Source: Octopus sinensis (lineage: Eukaryota). Taken from it: DNA of 64,000 bases. The stretch covers positions 20,770,001 to 20,834,000 of the forward strand of contig NC_043005.1 in assembly GCF_006345805.1 (NCBI RefSeq). Reading direction: 5' to 3'. The translations under genes and the position numbers were made by a program. A model generated the notes under the pieces. It was not told where the DNA came from. It was given only the letters and a program-made list of their open reading frames with translations, and did not search any database. Positions 1 to 11,428 of this stretch are shown in pieces. Each line of letters starts with the position of its first letter. The stretch's first letter is position 1.

Positions 1-1269
1 CGGTTACAATATAATTAAGTTGACTAAATATGTTTGGGTGTGTGATATGTATATGTCTTCCAATTAAACGAAGTCCTTTTTGCATCCTGCTGTTGGTAGA
101 ATGAAAAGAAAAGTCAAATTCATTTTTGTGGAGAAATGTAAAAATGATGAGTTACAAAGACAGTTTCAACGAATTCTCTTTTTATTTCAAGGATATATGC
201 TATTACATGTAAATACATCAGGAGTAATCTCTCTTCGTCAGTGAAAGTAACTTGAAGAGTATCATATTGTAGAATGTTATTTCTAGGTTTTCGTCTAAAA
301 GTTTGTCCATAAAGAAGTGAAAGGAATCATATTGCTTATCAAGTCCATTGAAACTACACTTGAGAAAGAGTTTAGCTTTATGACTTATGGTCATTATTGA
401 GAAGGATAACGTCTTATGTCATTAGTAGAAGAATGTCAAAATTCAACAAGGAGTGTATGTGAGTTTCAGTGACATAGCTTCCCAAAGGCAAACTATCCAC
501 TTATTAAAATCAGAAAAAATATCATGGTTTTTATAACTTCCCATGGAAATTTCTAGAAGCGTTCTGAAATATGATTTAAAATAATTTAGGCTAAAATGGA
601 GAATGATTTTGGATGAAATCTATAGCGGTTGTCGTTGGCTGTTCAAGTGCTTGTTATTAAATGGAAAAACAGCATGAATCATCATAAGACACTTTTGTGT
701 ATAAATATATTGATTATTCTGTGTTCACCTTTTGTGGTGGAAGCCTGTAGTATGATACAAAAACATGTCTGTTTATATAGAAAGAAAGTTTTGATTTTTG
801 CTTTTGCACTGAAAGAAGTAACATATAACATTTGTATTACATTATGTTTGCATGTGTAGAATGAGAACAGTCATTTTGAGAATGTGTTTGTGATAAAGTA
901 TCTTCATTTACGAACCGCATATCTTGTGTCGAGGTGAATACACATGTGAGTCGCACGTGGAATATTGTGTGCAGAGCAACAGAGAAGACATTTGTCTTTG
1001 ACCAAAACCTGGCAGGAACTTAGATCTTCTACTGTGTAGCTCAGAACGAGGCTGGTGTCTCAGAACAAGGCTAGTGTATCAAAGCAAGGGTAGTTGTCTC
1101 ATCGATATATTCGTCTGCTGTGTAGGTCAACTTACATATTACCACGTAATATGTAGATTTGCTACAAATATTTTTAGCCAATGAGAGAACTTGTAGATTT
1201 TGTTTAGTTGTAGATTTTGTAAGCCACCAAATAAAAAGCCTTTACTACAAATCGATGCCATTTAGTGAG

Positions 1270-1410
1270 TATCATCAACTCCAGTTCTTCACTAATATTT
1301 TATGCTTTTGACCTCTGCAAGAATGAAAGGCAAAATTGATACTGGCTGGATTTAAACTGAATACATGAAATACTTGAATACAAATCTTAAAGCATTTCTT
1401 TCAATTCTGA
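1270..1410 (-). mobile_element. Old SINE remnant, paralogous to 58750-58880
   Basis: ctccagttc...tattttatg...tgcaagaatgaaagg...tggctggattt(a/g)aactgaa is shared between the two sites. Confidence 0.55.
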
Positions 1411-1997
1411 CACCAACTTGTGTAGTTTTCCACTCAAAATGAAAGTGAATTTGTATTTGGTTTGCAGGGCAAAATGTTACATAATCAGTAAAGTAATGTC
1501 TTGCAGTGACTAGCCATATATAGTTACCTTCTTTTATATTCTGGATTCAAAGACCATCCGGATATATTCACCTTTCATTATTCAAAGGTTGATAAAATTA
1601 GGCCTAACCAAGTACTGAGTTTCATTTATTCATATTCATTCTGAATGCAAAATGTGTGGCTTTGCATTTGTATTAGAAACCATTTTCATAAATACTGTTT
1701 TTATCCACAATAATTATAATTATTCTTGTTGCTAAAGGTGATGCATTTGCAGAATCCGAGAACATCAGATAAAATGTGTGGTGGTATTTGTTTTGGCACT
1801 TCAGCTGCTAATTCCAATTCCTACTGATGTTAATTTTGCTATTGCTGGGCCAATAAATTAAAATAGCAGTCAAGCATAGAGGCCATATTTTGTTGATTAA
1901 CTCATACCTCAAAATTTTGTCCTTTCTAAGTTAGAGATTATTATTATTGTTATTCTTTTTGTCTTTTACATTCATCTAAATCTTACTTGAATTCCAG

Positions 1998-2234
1998 TTG
2001 CTGAGAGGCATTTTGTGAAAGTCACAGATGGAATTCTGGATGTATCTGGGAAAACATTGGTCAAGAAAAATATAACAGCTGATGCTTGTGGAGAAAGATG
2101 TTTGTCTGAGCCAAATTGTTTAGCATTTGAAATAACTAAAAGAGGTGGAAACTGTTACTTAACGAATGAAACTGCAGCTTCCACCAAGAAAATGAAATCA
2201 GACAAAAGCAGAGATTATTACCAACGAATAAACC
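1998..2234 (+). CDS. Exon A1: PAN/apple domain (type A) of a PAN-PAN-Sushi repeat protein
   Basis: Acceptor ttccAG at 1996-97, donor C/GTAATT at 2235; 237 nt, phase 1-1. Encodes AERHFVKVTDG...ACGERCLSEPNCLAFEITKRGGNCYL...DYYQRIN with PAN core C-x3-C-x5-C-x11-C. Paralogous to exons at 33277 and 60679. Confidence 0.9.
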
Positions 2235-2472
2235 GTAATTATTCTTTGAATTTTATTATTGGACTTTCTTTTCCTCTTTCTCTGAAATTTGTGAATGCAT
2301 TTGTACTTTATATTATATATATAAACAACCATTTCTGTAAACACACTGACAGATTTACCTAGAAGGACAGGTATAGAAGTGTTTCTCAGAAAAACATGCA
2401 AAATTATGCACTCTAAATACCCTGAGGGCATTGTCATATGGACTTTATCCACCTTGAACAATTTTATGTTCA

Positions 2473-2862
2473 CTCTTTTACTTGTTTCAGTCATTTAACT
2501 GTGGCCATGCTGGAGCACCACCTTTAGTCGAGCAAATGGACCCTAGGACTTATTCTTTGTAAGCCAAGTACTTATTCTATCAGTCTCTTTTCCTGAACTG
2601 CTAAGTTACGGGGACGTAAACACACCAACATCAGTTGTCAAGCGAAGTTGGGGGGACAAACACAAATGTACAAACATATACACACAGACAGAAAATGAAA
2701 GAAGCCCGTTGTATATATGTATATATATATATATATGTATGTGTGTGTATATGTTTGTGCATCTGTGTTTGTCCCCCCAACTTCACTTGACAACCGATGC
2801 TAGTGTGTTTACATCCCCGTAACTTAGCAGTTCAGCAAAAGAGACTGATAGAATAAGTACTT
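2473..2862. mobile_element. Two copies of a tRNA-derived SINE in inverted orientation (2473-2690 minus, 2691-2862 plus)
   Basis: gtacttattctatcagtctcttt...gttacggggacgtaaacacacc is mirrored by gtgtgtttacatccccgtaac...aaagagactgatagaataagtac. Confidence 0.8.
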
Positions 2863-3560
2863 GTTATATATAACACCAAGAAAGTTAGAGGTTATGGATC
2901 CAACCCACTAAGGGATAATATTTATCCAATATACTGTTGGTATAATACCCACATTCTTTATACACAAATGTTTTTAATCGCAATGCAATTAACTTATTTA
3001 TTGTATTAAACGGGTGAAGGTAAAGAAATATTTTACCATTAATTTATAATACAAATAAGAAAATGGTGAAACAATTCAGTTGGCTCATCAGCTTTCGGAT
3101 ATTAGAATGTTGAATTATTTATTCATTTAACAAAAATGAGAACCTTAACAGCATACATATATACATTAAAATTCAATGCATGTAAGATAAGAATACAATT
3201 ATAAAAATCATAATATAAATTATTGAAATCATTAAAATCACTCCTTACAGCTGTTTCAGCCTATGGATAAAAGTAGTTTTTTTTTCTAGTGCTTATATTT
3301 GTCAATTATATTGAGGTTGTAGATATTTAAAAATAGGGTACTTATACATAACCATACGCCTCGTCAGAGATTATAAAGAACTTTAAAAATATTAATACAT
3401 GAAACAGAATACACGAATAATTTATTATATAAAAAATATGAACAAATATCCATATACACTTACACATATACATGTATACATACATAAGCAGAGTATATAT
3501 ACTTTTACATGTGTATAATTACATAAATAAAAACACAATTAAACAATAGGTCCAAGTAAA
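2863..3560 (-). mobile_element. AT-rich hammerhead-bearing interspersed element (Penelope pLTR or retrozyme-like)
   Basis: Homologous in inverse orientation to 38410-39085 (cagtatattggata...gggttg...aacc) and to 43195-44145; partial + copy at 3969-4038. Confidence 0.5.
3242..3372 (-). ncRNA. Minimal hammerhead motif with long loop II
   Basis: On minus: ATCT-CTGACGA-GGCGTATGG-[85 nt]-CCATAGGCT-GAAACAGCTGT-A-AGG. Core intact, palindromic stem III. Confidence 0.6.
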
Positions 3561-3787
3561 TAGACCATTCGTCATATACATATATATATATATACATATA
3601 TACTGGAACATATACATACGTCTATGTTCATGACTACTTAAACAATAATCACTTATTACTAATATTATTATTATTATTATTATATTTATCAACAGTAACA
3701 ATATTATTAGATTTATTGACAATACATATAATAGATTCCAATATATCAAATATTACGATACAAGATAAACAATCCACAATCCATACA

Positions 3788-3887
<100 letters not shown>

Positions 3888-4041
3888 CATACAGTTACAC
3901 CATGGCTTTTAGATATAGTTCTTCTTCATACATACTAGTCCACGCGTATGGGTAACAAATAGAAGCAACAACATACTAATATCCGAAAGCTGATGAACCA
4001 ACTAAATTGTTTCTCCATTTCCTTATTTGTATTATATATAT

Positions 4042-4312
4042 ACTAGTAGAGATACCCGGCATTGCCCGTGTTACATGCAATTGAAGAATTAGACTTTTCT
4101 GTAATGAACTGGAATACCTATGTTTCGAATTTCATCAAAATTGCAGATGAGGGTGACTTCCCTCTTGACACACCCGAAAAATATTGTAATTGTGCCACAT
4201 GTATCCCATAGTATTGATTTTTATGTGCATATTCCAAAATTCCTGTCTTATTGAACCTGTTAAAAAGATTTTGCTCATGAGAAATGAAGGTCATGGAGCT
4301 CTAAAATGTGAG
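4042..4312 (+). mobile_element. Helitron-like non-autonomous element, family H2
   Basis: Starts ACTAGTAGAGATACCCGGCATTGCCCGTG (ACTAG plus short subterminal IR); the same ~270 nt occur in reverse at 41250-41522. Confidence 0.6.
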
Positions 4313-4359
4313 AAATTCTTCAAACCCAGATTATATACTGAAACATCTATTCCAGTATG

Positions 4360-4459
4360 TCCTCCCGGTTTTCAAAGAGGGAAACAGATCCCTTGCAGTC
4401 AACTATCACCCAGTCTCACTCACCTCCTATATCATTAAAATGTTTGAAAGAGTGGTAAG
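4360..4459 (+). mobile_element. CR1-like LINE RT fragment
   Basis: Translates GNRSLAVNYHPVSLTSYIIKMFERVVR, similar to the 37830-37930 segment of the CR1-like element. Confidence 0.55.
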
Positions 4460-5872
4460 ATGAAGGATCACTGCTCAATCTGTAGTAGAGGTGTAGGTAG
4501 AAACTCTATAAGATGTACCCAGTGTAAGCTATGGACTCATAAGAGGTGCAGCAATATCAAAGGAAGGATAACTGGGAGGATAGCTTTTGTATGTGGCAGA
4601 TGCTCGGGAGCTATAAATAACAATGAAAATGTGCAGAGAACAACTTCCGCCACATTCCAGGGAGAAAAACTAGAAGTAGTTGATAGCTTCCATTACCCAG
4701 GTGACCAAGTCAATAGCGGGGGAGGGTGCACTGAAAGTGTAGCTACTAGAATAAGAATAGCCTGGGCTAAGTTCAGAGAGCTCTTACCTCTGCTGGTGAC
4801 AAAGGTCCTCTCACTCAGAGTAAAAGGTAGACTGTACGACACATGTGTATGAACAGCCATGCTATATGGCAGTGAAACATGGGCCATGACTGCCGAGGAC
4901 ATGCATAAGTTTGCAAGGAATGAAGCCAGCATGCTCCGATGGCTGTGTAATGTCAGTGTGCATACTTGACAGAGTGTTAGTGCCTTGAGAGAAAAGTTGG
5001 ACCTAAGAAGCATCAGATGTAGTGTTCAAGAGAGGAAACTGCACTGGTATGGTCATGTGCCAAGAATGGATGTGGATAGCTGTGTGAAAAAGTGCCACAC
5101 CCTATCGGTTGAGGGAACCTGTGGAAGAGGTAGACCTAGGATGAGGTGGTGAAGCATTACCTTCAAATATTGGGCCTCACCGAGGCAATGACTAGTGACC
5201 GAGACCTCTGGATATATGCTGTGCTTGAGAAGACTCGGCAAATGCATGTGTGTGACCATAACCTTGTGGCCTATGCCAGGGGTGTAACCAGTCCACTTAT
5301 GCATGCCTTTCCTTGATTGGACACTAAACTCTGCTTGCGAAGACCAGTTGAGGCAAGTGAAATCGAAATCAAACTCTATTGTGAAGACCTGTTGAGGCAT
5401 GTGAAATCAAAATCAAACTCGGTGACTGGCATCCGTTGCTAATGGAGCACTAAGAGTACCATACGAGTGAGATCGTTGCCAGAGCAACAAGCTGGCCTTC
5501 GTGCCGATGGCACGTTAAACACACCATTTGAGTGTGATCGTTACCTGTGTTGCCTTACTATCACTTGTGATGGTGGCACGTGAAAAAAAACATTTGAGCG
5601 AGGTTGTTGCCAGTGCTGCTGGACTGGCTCCTGTGCAAGTGGCACATAAAAAGCACCATTTGAGCATGGCCATTGCCAGTGCCACCAAAATGGCCCTCAT
5701 GCCGGTGGCACGTAAAAGCACCCACTACACTCTTGGAGTGGTTGGCGTTAGGAAGGGTATCCAGCTGTAGAAACCCTGCCAAATCAGATTGGAGTCTTGT
5801 TCACCAGACTTCAGTCAAATTATCAACCCATGCTAGCATGGAAAGCGGACGTTAAACGATGATGATGATGAT
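4460..5872 (+). mobile_element. 5'-truncated RTE-clade LINE with 3' UTR and (GAT)n tail
   Basis: RT C-terminal motifs LEVVDSF.Y.GD, RIRIAWAKFRELLPLL, MLYGSETW, WYGHV; ends catgctagcatggaaagcggacgttaaac(gat)n. Confidence 0.9.
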
Positions 5873-5901
5873 ATATATGTGTGTGTATGTCTATATCTGT
5901 A

Positions 5902-5958
<57 letters not shown>

Positions 5959-6282
5959 CTAAAAATATTAATATTTCTAATTCTCTCTAAAGGAGACTAT
6001 GGTAGCAGTACTGGATATTAATAGTTATCACCAAGAATTATCTTGAGAGAACAGAACCTTATTTTCTACAAAATTCTGTATGTTTATTATCATGTCTCTA
6101 ATATGCCCTTAAAGCTGTAAAACGATTTTTATGTTTTTTCATCTTCTCTCTTTCAATATATATCCACCACGTGTATTTCCCCACTAAAATATTTTCTACC
6201 ATATATATAAACTTCTTTATCTATCTATCTATGTATATATATATATATATATGTATACATGTATGTATATATATATATATAT

Positions 6283-6650
6283 TCATCATCATCATTAAAC
6301 GTCCATGTTCCATGCTAGCATGGGTGGGACGGTACCACAAAAGCTGGCCAGTTCAAAACCTGCACCAGACTTCTGTGACTGTCTTGGCAAGATTTTTACA
6401 GCTGGATGCCCTTCCTAACACCAACCACTCAACAAAGTGGACTTTTTATGTGGCACAAGCACAGGCGAGGTCAGTTTTGACAAGGTTTTTACAGCTGGAT
6501 GCCCTTCCAAACATCAACCACTTTACAGTGTGGCTTGGGTGCTTTTAAGTGGCCCATGAACTAATAGGGTCACCAACTACTTGCAAGGCAAAAACTTTTA
6601 AGAGGGGAGGAAGAATTGGAGTAGGTGATGATGAAAAGGTTATAGTGAGA
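6283..6650 (-). mobile_element. RTE 3' UTR copy (short truncation or SINE-like)
   Basis: (CAT)n followed by ttaaacgtccatgttccatgctagcatggg...ctggatgcccttcc, the reverse of the 5690-5872 tail. Confidence 0.8.
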
Positions 6651-8057
6651 CAGATAGAATATGCAAATTAACCTAAACCATAAATATTGTCTCCTCTTTT
6701 TTTGTTTTTGTACATGTCTTAGATAAAATTGGAAAGATTTTACAACTGTGTGCCTTAAACATGCACATGCTGCTATCCTCTTGAATCTAGAAATATCAAA
6801 CTGATTTTTTCGTTAATACATCTCAAATCCCAAGAATTGTTGGTGCTAGTGATTATGTCCCCTTTTCATTCTGAGTCGACTGTAAATGGCACTAGATGTT
6901 TCAACAAATTAAGAATTTATCATATATTTAGTATACCATTATTTATTCATGCCATTGGCCAATCTGAGTTATTTCTCTTACCTCACTTTTGTCTTAAAAT
7001 ATATATCGTTGTTGTTGGCGTCATTGTCGTCGTCGTCTTCTTCTCCTTCTTCATATTTAGTGTTACAGTCATCAAGGTGTTGTGTTGTCCTGTATTTCAC
7101 TTGTTATACTTAGTTTTACTTACTGTCTCCTCCCAACATACAGCGCTTAATCATCGTGTATGTAAGAGAGCACTTTTTAATGCAAGGCCGATGAAGTGCT
7201 ACTATAATGTAAAAGAAAAATATCCCAAAGATTACGTAACTTTTCATGATAAACAACATGTTTTTTTCCCATTTTTTATGAAAGCGAATCGACAACTTAG
7301 TTGTCCAAAAATGAGATGGTTATAAATTAATATTTTACACGCACTTCTGATCGGGTTATGCTATTTCAAATCCGCCGCCCGGTTCAGTACCAGCACTTGG
7401 CTCTTGGCCCTGAAACCGAGTCCTTCGGATCAAGTCTCTAGTATCGTGAATAATTTCTTCCCTTGCTCCCAACAGTCATGGACGCCAGGGAAAACAATAT
7501 GGACTCTGCCTTACCTTTACTGACTGACCCATTAAATATATACATACTCACACACACATACACACACACACGCACACACAGACACAGACACACACACACA
7601 CAGAGTTTTTATATCGCAACTCAAGTTTCACAGCAATAAATGTAGGTAACATAATTTCCATTTTAAGCTATATATGTGACATACACAGGTTTCCCTTAAG
7701 CCGAATGTTGTTACGTGAGCAGACTGTCACTGCTACACAAACTAATTCAATAACTTCCATGGTTCTAACAGCATATCTATATATAACGTGGCTTGAATTC
7801 CACAAGCTATGATGGTTTAATTTTAAACTGTGTGCAATACAGGTGTAGAGTACGAAACTGCTTATTTAGCCCAATTTTCTGTCGCGTTTTCCAACACACT
7901 ATTAAATTATATATATTATTATTTGACTGAATGCCACGCATCCATTTCCAAGTATATATATATAAATATATATATATCGCTTAAGCATAGCGATGCTAAT
8001 AACCTAGTGTAGAACTCAATACATGTCTGATTCTAGACGAAGTGTTAGTCATGTTTA

Positions 8058-8129
8058 TGGCTCTGATGAAGCTGTAGGGTGCTCAGCAATGACTCCGCCG
8101 TATCTTATAGTGGAAATAGCCGTAAGCTA
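8058..8129 (+). ncRNA. Degenerate type I hammerhead motif
   Basis: Stem I TGGCT/AGCTA; CTGATGA 8063-69; stem II GCTGTAGG/CTTATAGT; GAAA 8113-16; ATAGCCGT-A (two transitions from palindromic ACAGCTGT-A). Confidence 0.5.
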
Positions 8130-8547
8130 ATGAAGTTCATAAGATAATCTTTTATTCCTTCGTCCTCTCTTTTCTTATATACATGTGAGTGTGTTAGCGC
8201 GCACGGGGTGTATATATATTAATATATGTAATATATGTATATACACACGCACATACATATATATATATTATATATATGTATGCATATATGTATGAAGGTG
8301 TATGTGTGTGTGTGTGTTTGTGTATGTATGTATGTATGTATGTATGTATGTATGTATGTATGTATGTACGTACGTACGTACGTGTGAATGTATATTCATA
8401 TTCTTTTCGGTGGAGTTACTGCTTACATATCTTATAATGATTTTAGGACTAGCTACTTTGCTAGTTGCAAGATCAGCGGCTGAATGCCGCTTATTTTTCT
8501 ATATATTGCGAGTTGGGTCGAACGACTGCTATCTCTAGCAGACAGGT

Positions 8548-8599
8548 GACCGGTACTGAGGAAGGGAAAACACCGTGAAACCAAGCTGGTCTACTGGTC
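8548..8599 (+). ncRNA. Type I hammerhead ribozyme candidate
   Basis: Stem I GACCGGTA(8548-55)/TACTGGTC(8592-99); core CTGAGGA 8556-62; short stem II 8563-76; GAAA 8577-80; stem III ACCA-AGC-TGGT; cleavage triplet GUC ending at 8591. Confidence 0.75.
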
Positions 8600-8729
8600 C
8601 TCTCAAATAGGAGTTCGCTCCCCTGCTCGCAATATATCGGACACAGGTTGTGTCGTTAACCAACTGGAAATGTTTTCCTGGGGCTATAAAAGAGTAGTAA
8701 CATTATACGGAACAGCCATGTTGAAGTGG

Positions 8730-8876
8730 CAATGAACATTACTTTTCAGTAGAGAGAACAACGTGAAATGAAGAGTTTTGCTCAAGAACACAATGCACCA
8801 CTCCGTCCGGGAGTCGAAACCGCGATCTTAATATTAAGCGTAAGATTCTATCAAACCACTAGGCCACGCGCCTTCA
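8730..8876 (-). mobile_element. tRNA-head SINE fragment
   Basis: Minus strand reads gaaggcgcgtggcctagtggtt...ggtttcgactcccgg (A-box and B-box like); paralog at 57375-57505. Confidence 0.7.
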
Positions 8877-9897
8877 AACACATACGTACACACACACGCA
8901 AACAGGTATGTGTATGTATGTATGTATGTATGTATGTATGTATGTATGTATCTATATATGTATGTATGCATGCATGCATGTAAGTATGTATGTATGTGTG
9001 TGTGTGTGTGTGTATCTGTATAATTCTTAATTCATCTCATGTGTCTTCTGAGTAATTTCTACATATCAAATGTAATCTATTATTTAAATTATAGCGCTGT
9101 TATCCATTGTTTTAATAATTGCAATACCTCAATTCAAAATAATGAGTGAAAGAGAGATGAAGGTTATATGGTAGATAGTAAAAACAAAGAAGAATATTTT
9201 ATTTTAATGTCGATGATATTATATTTGAAAGTGAAAGTTAACAATAAATCGTTATTGATTCACACGGATATTGTATGCAATTAAAGAAAAAGATAAACAA
9301 CTGAAACTTTTATGTATAGTGGCGTTGAAAACGAACAAGTACTGAAACAATTGTAACTGGTAATTAGAGATGTGCTAAATTCTTTCTTCATCTTATTTAA
9401 ATCACACACACATGCACGCTCACCTTTTTTCTGCCTTTCATTGCTTAGACACCACCTAACCCTCACTTTCCCCTCCGATCAAGACCACAACCACTCCCTT
9501 CAATTGGATGTCCAATCCTATACAGTTGCAAGCAGTAACCCTGGTTCTTCATGGAGATCCCTTCTGAGGTGGTCTGCCACAAGACCTGGAAGTTGGGAAA
9601 TATTAGTATGATGCCACTCTGCACAGTTATTTGGTGGTTTTCTTACTATTTCAGTTTTTTTCTTCTTACCTGGAATAGACACTGAAATGTAGGGAAGGAT
9701 TAAAGGGAGAAGGAGAGCAGAAGATAGAATACGTAATAAAGTTTTAAAAAAAGGAGAAATGGGGAAAAGAAAGATAGAGCTGGATATTTGTATACTAGAG
9801 AAGTGGAAATAAAGAGGCAACGGGATAAAATAACAGAATTATTGAGAATGAGGAAATGATAGAAAGAATGTAAATGATAGAAAGTGAGAAGGAATTT

Positions 9898-10306
9898 GGA
9901 TCTTTCCAGTTTGAACGGCAGTTTTTAACATAATTTCTAGGTAACTGAAAAATTTTAAACTTCGTATACTGGTAGAATGTGTTTATAAAACATCTTTTCC
10001 TCTTGGCTTTATTGAGAAAATTCTATAGTTTGTAAGATATTTGTTGTTTTTTCTTCAATTTCTGCTATTTCAACCAATCACTGACGTCTATTGAGTTAAA
10101 AAGCATTTTGTGCCGTATGAATATGTCCCTCGTTTAAGAAACAGATTGGGTTTATTTACATTTGTGAAGAAAAAAAGATACCCTTCCCCCCACCACTAAC
10201 CCTAAAACAGATTGAAATGCAATAGATCGATACTAGGGTCATAATTATGGGTGACAATTTCATATGACACCACTAGAAAAAATTGCCGTTCAAACTGAAA
10301 AGATCC
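9898..10306. mobile_element. MITE with GGATC-terminated TIRs (short form)
   Basis: GGATCTTTCCAGTTTGAACGGCA ... TGCCGTTCAAACTGAAAAGATCC; body equals the left arm of the 10450 element. Confidence 0.75.
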
Positions 10307-10449
10307 ATGACTTCTTCCAATAATAATCTTCATTTTAGTTTTGAATTCGAAGTCAGTCAGTTTCTTTATTATTAAGAACTTCATCGTCTGCTTCACTTGC
10401 AAATTACCTTTTCTATATTTGAAAAATTGGCGCTTTTGCTTCCTTACTC

Positions 10450-11256
10450 GGATCTTCTTGGTTTGAACGGCAGTTTTTAACATAATTTCTAGGTAACTAA
10501 AAAATTTTGAACTTCGTATACTGGTAGAATGTGTTTATAAAACATCTTCTCTGGGCTTTATTGAGAAAATTCTATATGTTGTAACATATTTCGTCTTTAA
10601 TTTCGAGCATTTCGGCAATTTTAACCAATCACTGACGTCCATTTAGGTAAATAACATTCTGTGCATAATGAATATGTCCCTCGTTTAAGAAACAGATTGG
10701 GTTTATTTACATTTGTGAAGAAAAAAGATACCCTTCCCCAACCCCTAACCCTAACTCTAAAATAGATTGAAATGCAATAGATCGATACTAGGGCCATAAT
10801 TATGGGTGATATTTTCATTTGACACTGCTAGAAAAAAATCCCATTTTCTGTAGCGGTGTCGTATGAAATTGTCACCCATAATTATAACCCTAGTATCGAT
10901 CTATTGCATTTCAATCTATTTTAGATTTAGGGTTAGAGTTAGGGTGGGTTAGGGTTAGGGGTGGGGGAAGGGTATCTTTTTTCTTCACAAATGTAAATAA
11001 ATCCAATCTGTTTCTTAAACGAGGGACATATTCATTATGCACAGAATGTTATTTACCTAAATGGACGTCAGCGATTGGTTAAAATTGCCGAAATGCTCGA
11101 AATTAAAGACGAAATATGTTACAACATATAGAATTTTCTCAATAAAGCCAAGAAAAAATGATGTTTTGTAAACACATTCTACCAGAATACGAAGTTTAAA
11201 ACTTTTTAGTTAACTAGAAATTATGTTACAAAGTGCCGTTCAAAAGGAAAAGATCC
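10450..11256. mobile_element. Foldback-like palindromic MITE (~380 bp arms) with TTAGGG-like repeats
   Basis: Left arm 10450-10830 is the reverse complement of right arm ~10850-11256; ccctaaccctaa and ttagggttaggg lie in the arms. Confidence 0.8.
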
Positions 11257-11428
11257 GAAATACAAGCAAGTCTGGAGGTAGAAAAAATAGAATAACAGTA
11301 AAATGATAAAATGAAACGCAAAAACTTATGGAGCAAAACTTGAATTAGAAATGAAATTAAGAATTACTAAAATGTGAAAGAAATATACATTGTCACTTTT
11401 TTATGTATACTATACACGTTTATATATA

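Noticed and set aside
155-250. Minus-strand CTGACGA...GAAAC as a hammerhead
   Set aside because: Putative stem II arms are not complementary and stems I and III are unconvincing.
3969-4038. CCGAAAGCTGATGA (and its inverse at 3043-3112) as a ribozyme or C/D snoRNA
   Set aside because: GAAA and CTGATGA are one base apart with no stems in the needed order; treated as part of the AT-rich element.
10925-10965. Interstitial telomere from TTAGGG repeats
   Set aside because: Only a few degenerate units, mirrored within MITE arms; part of the element.
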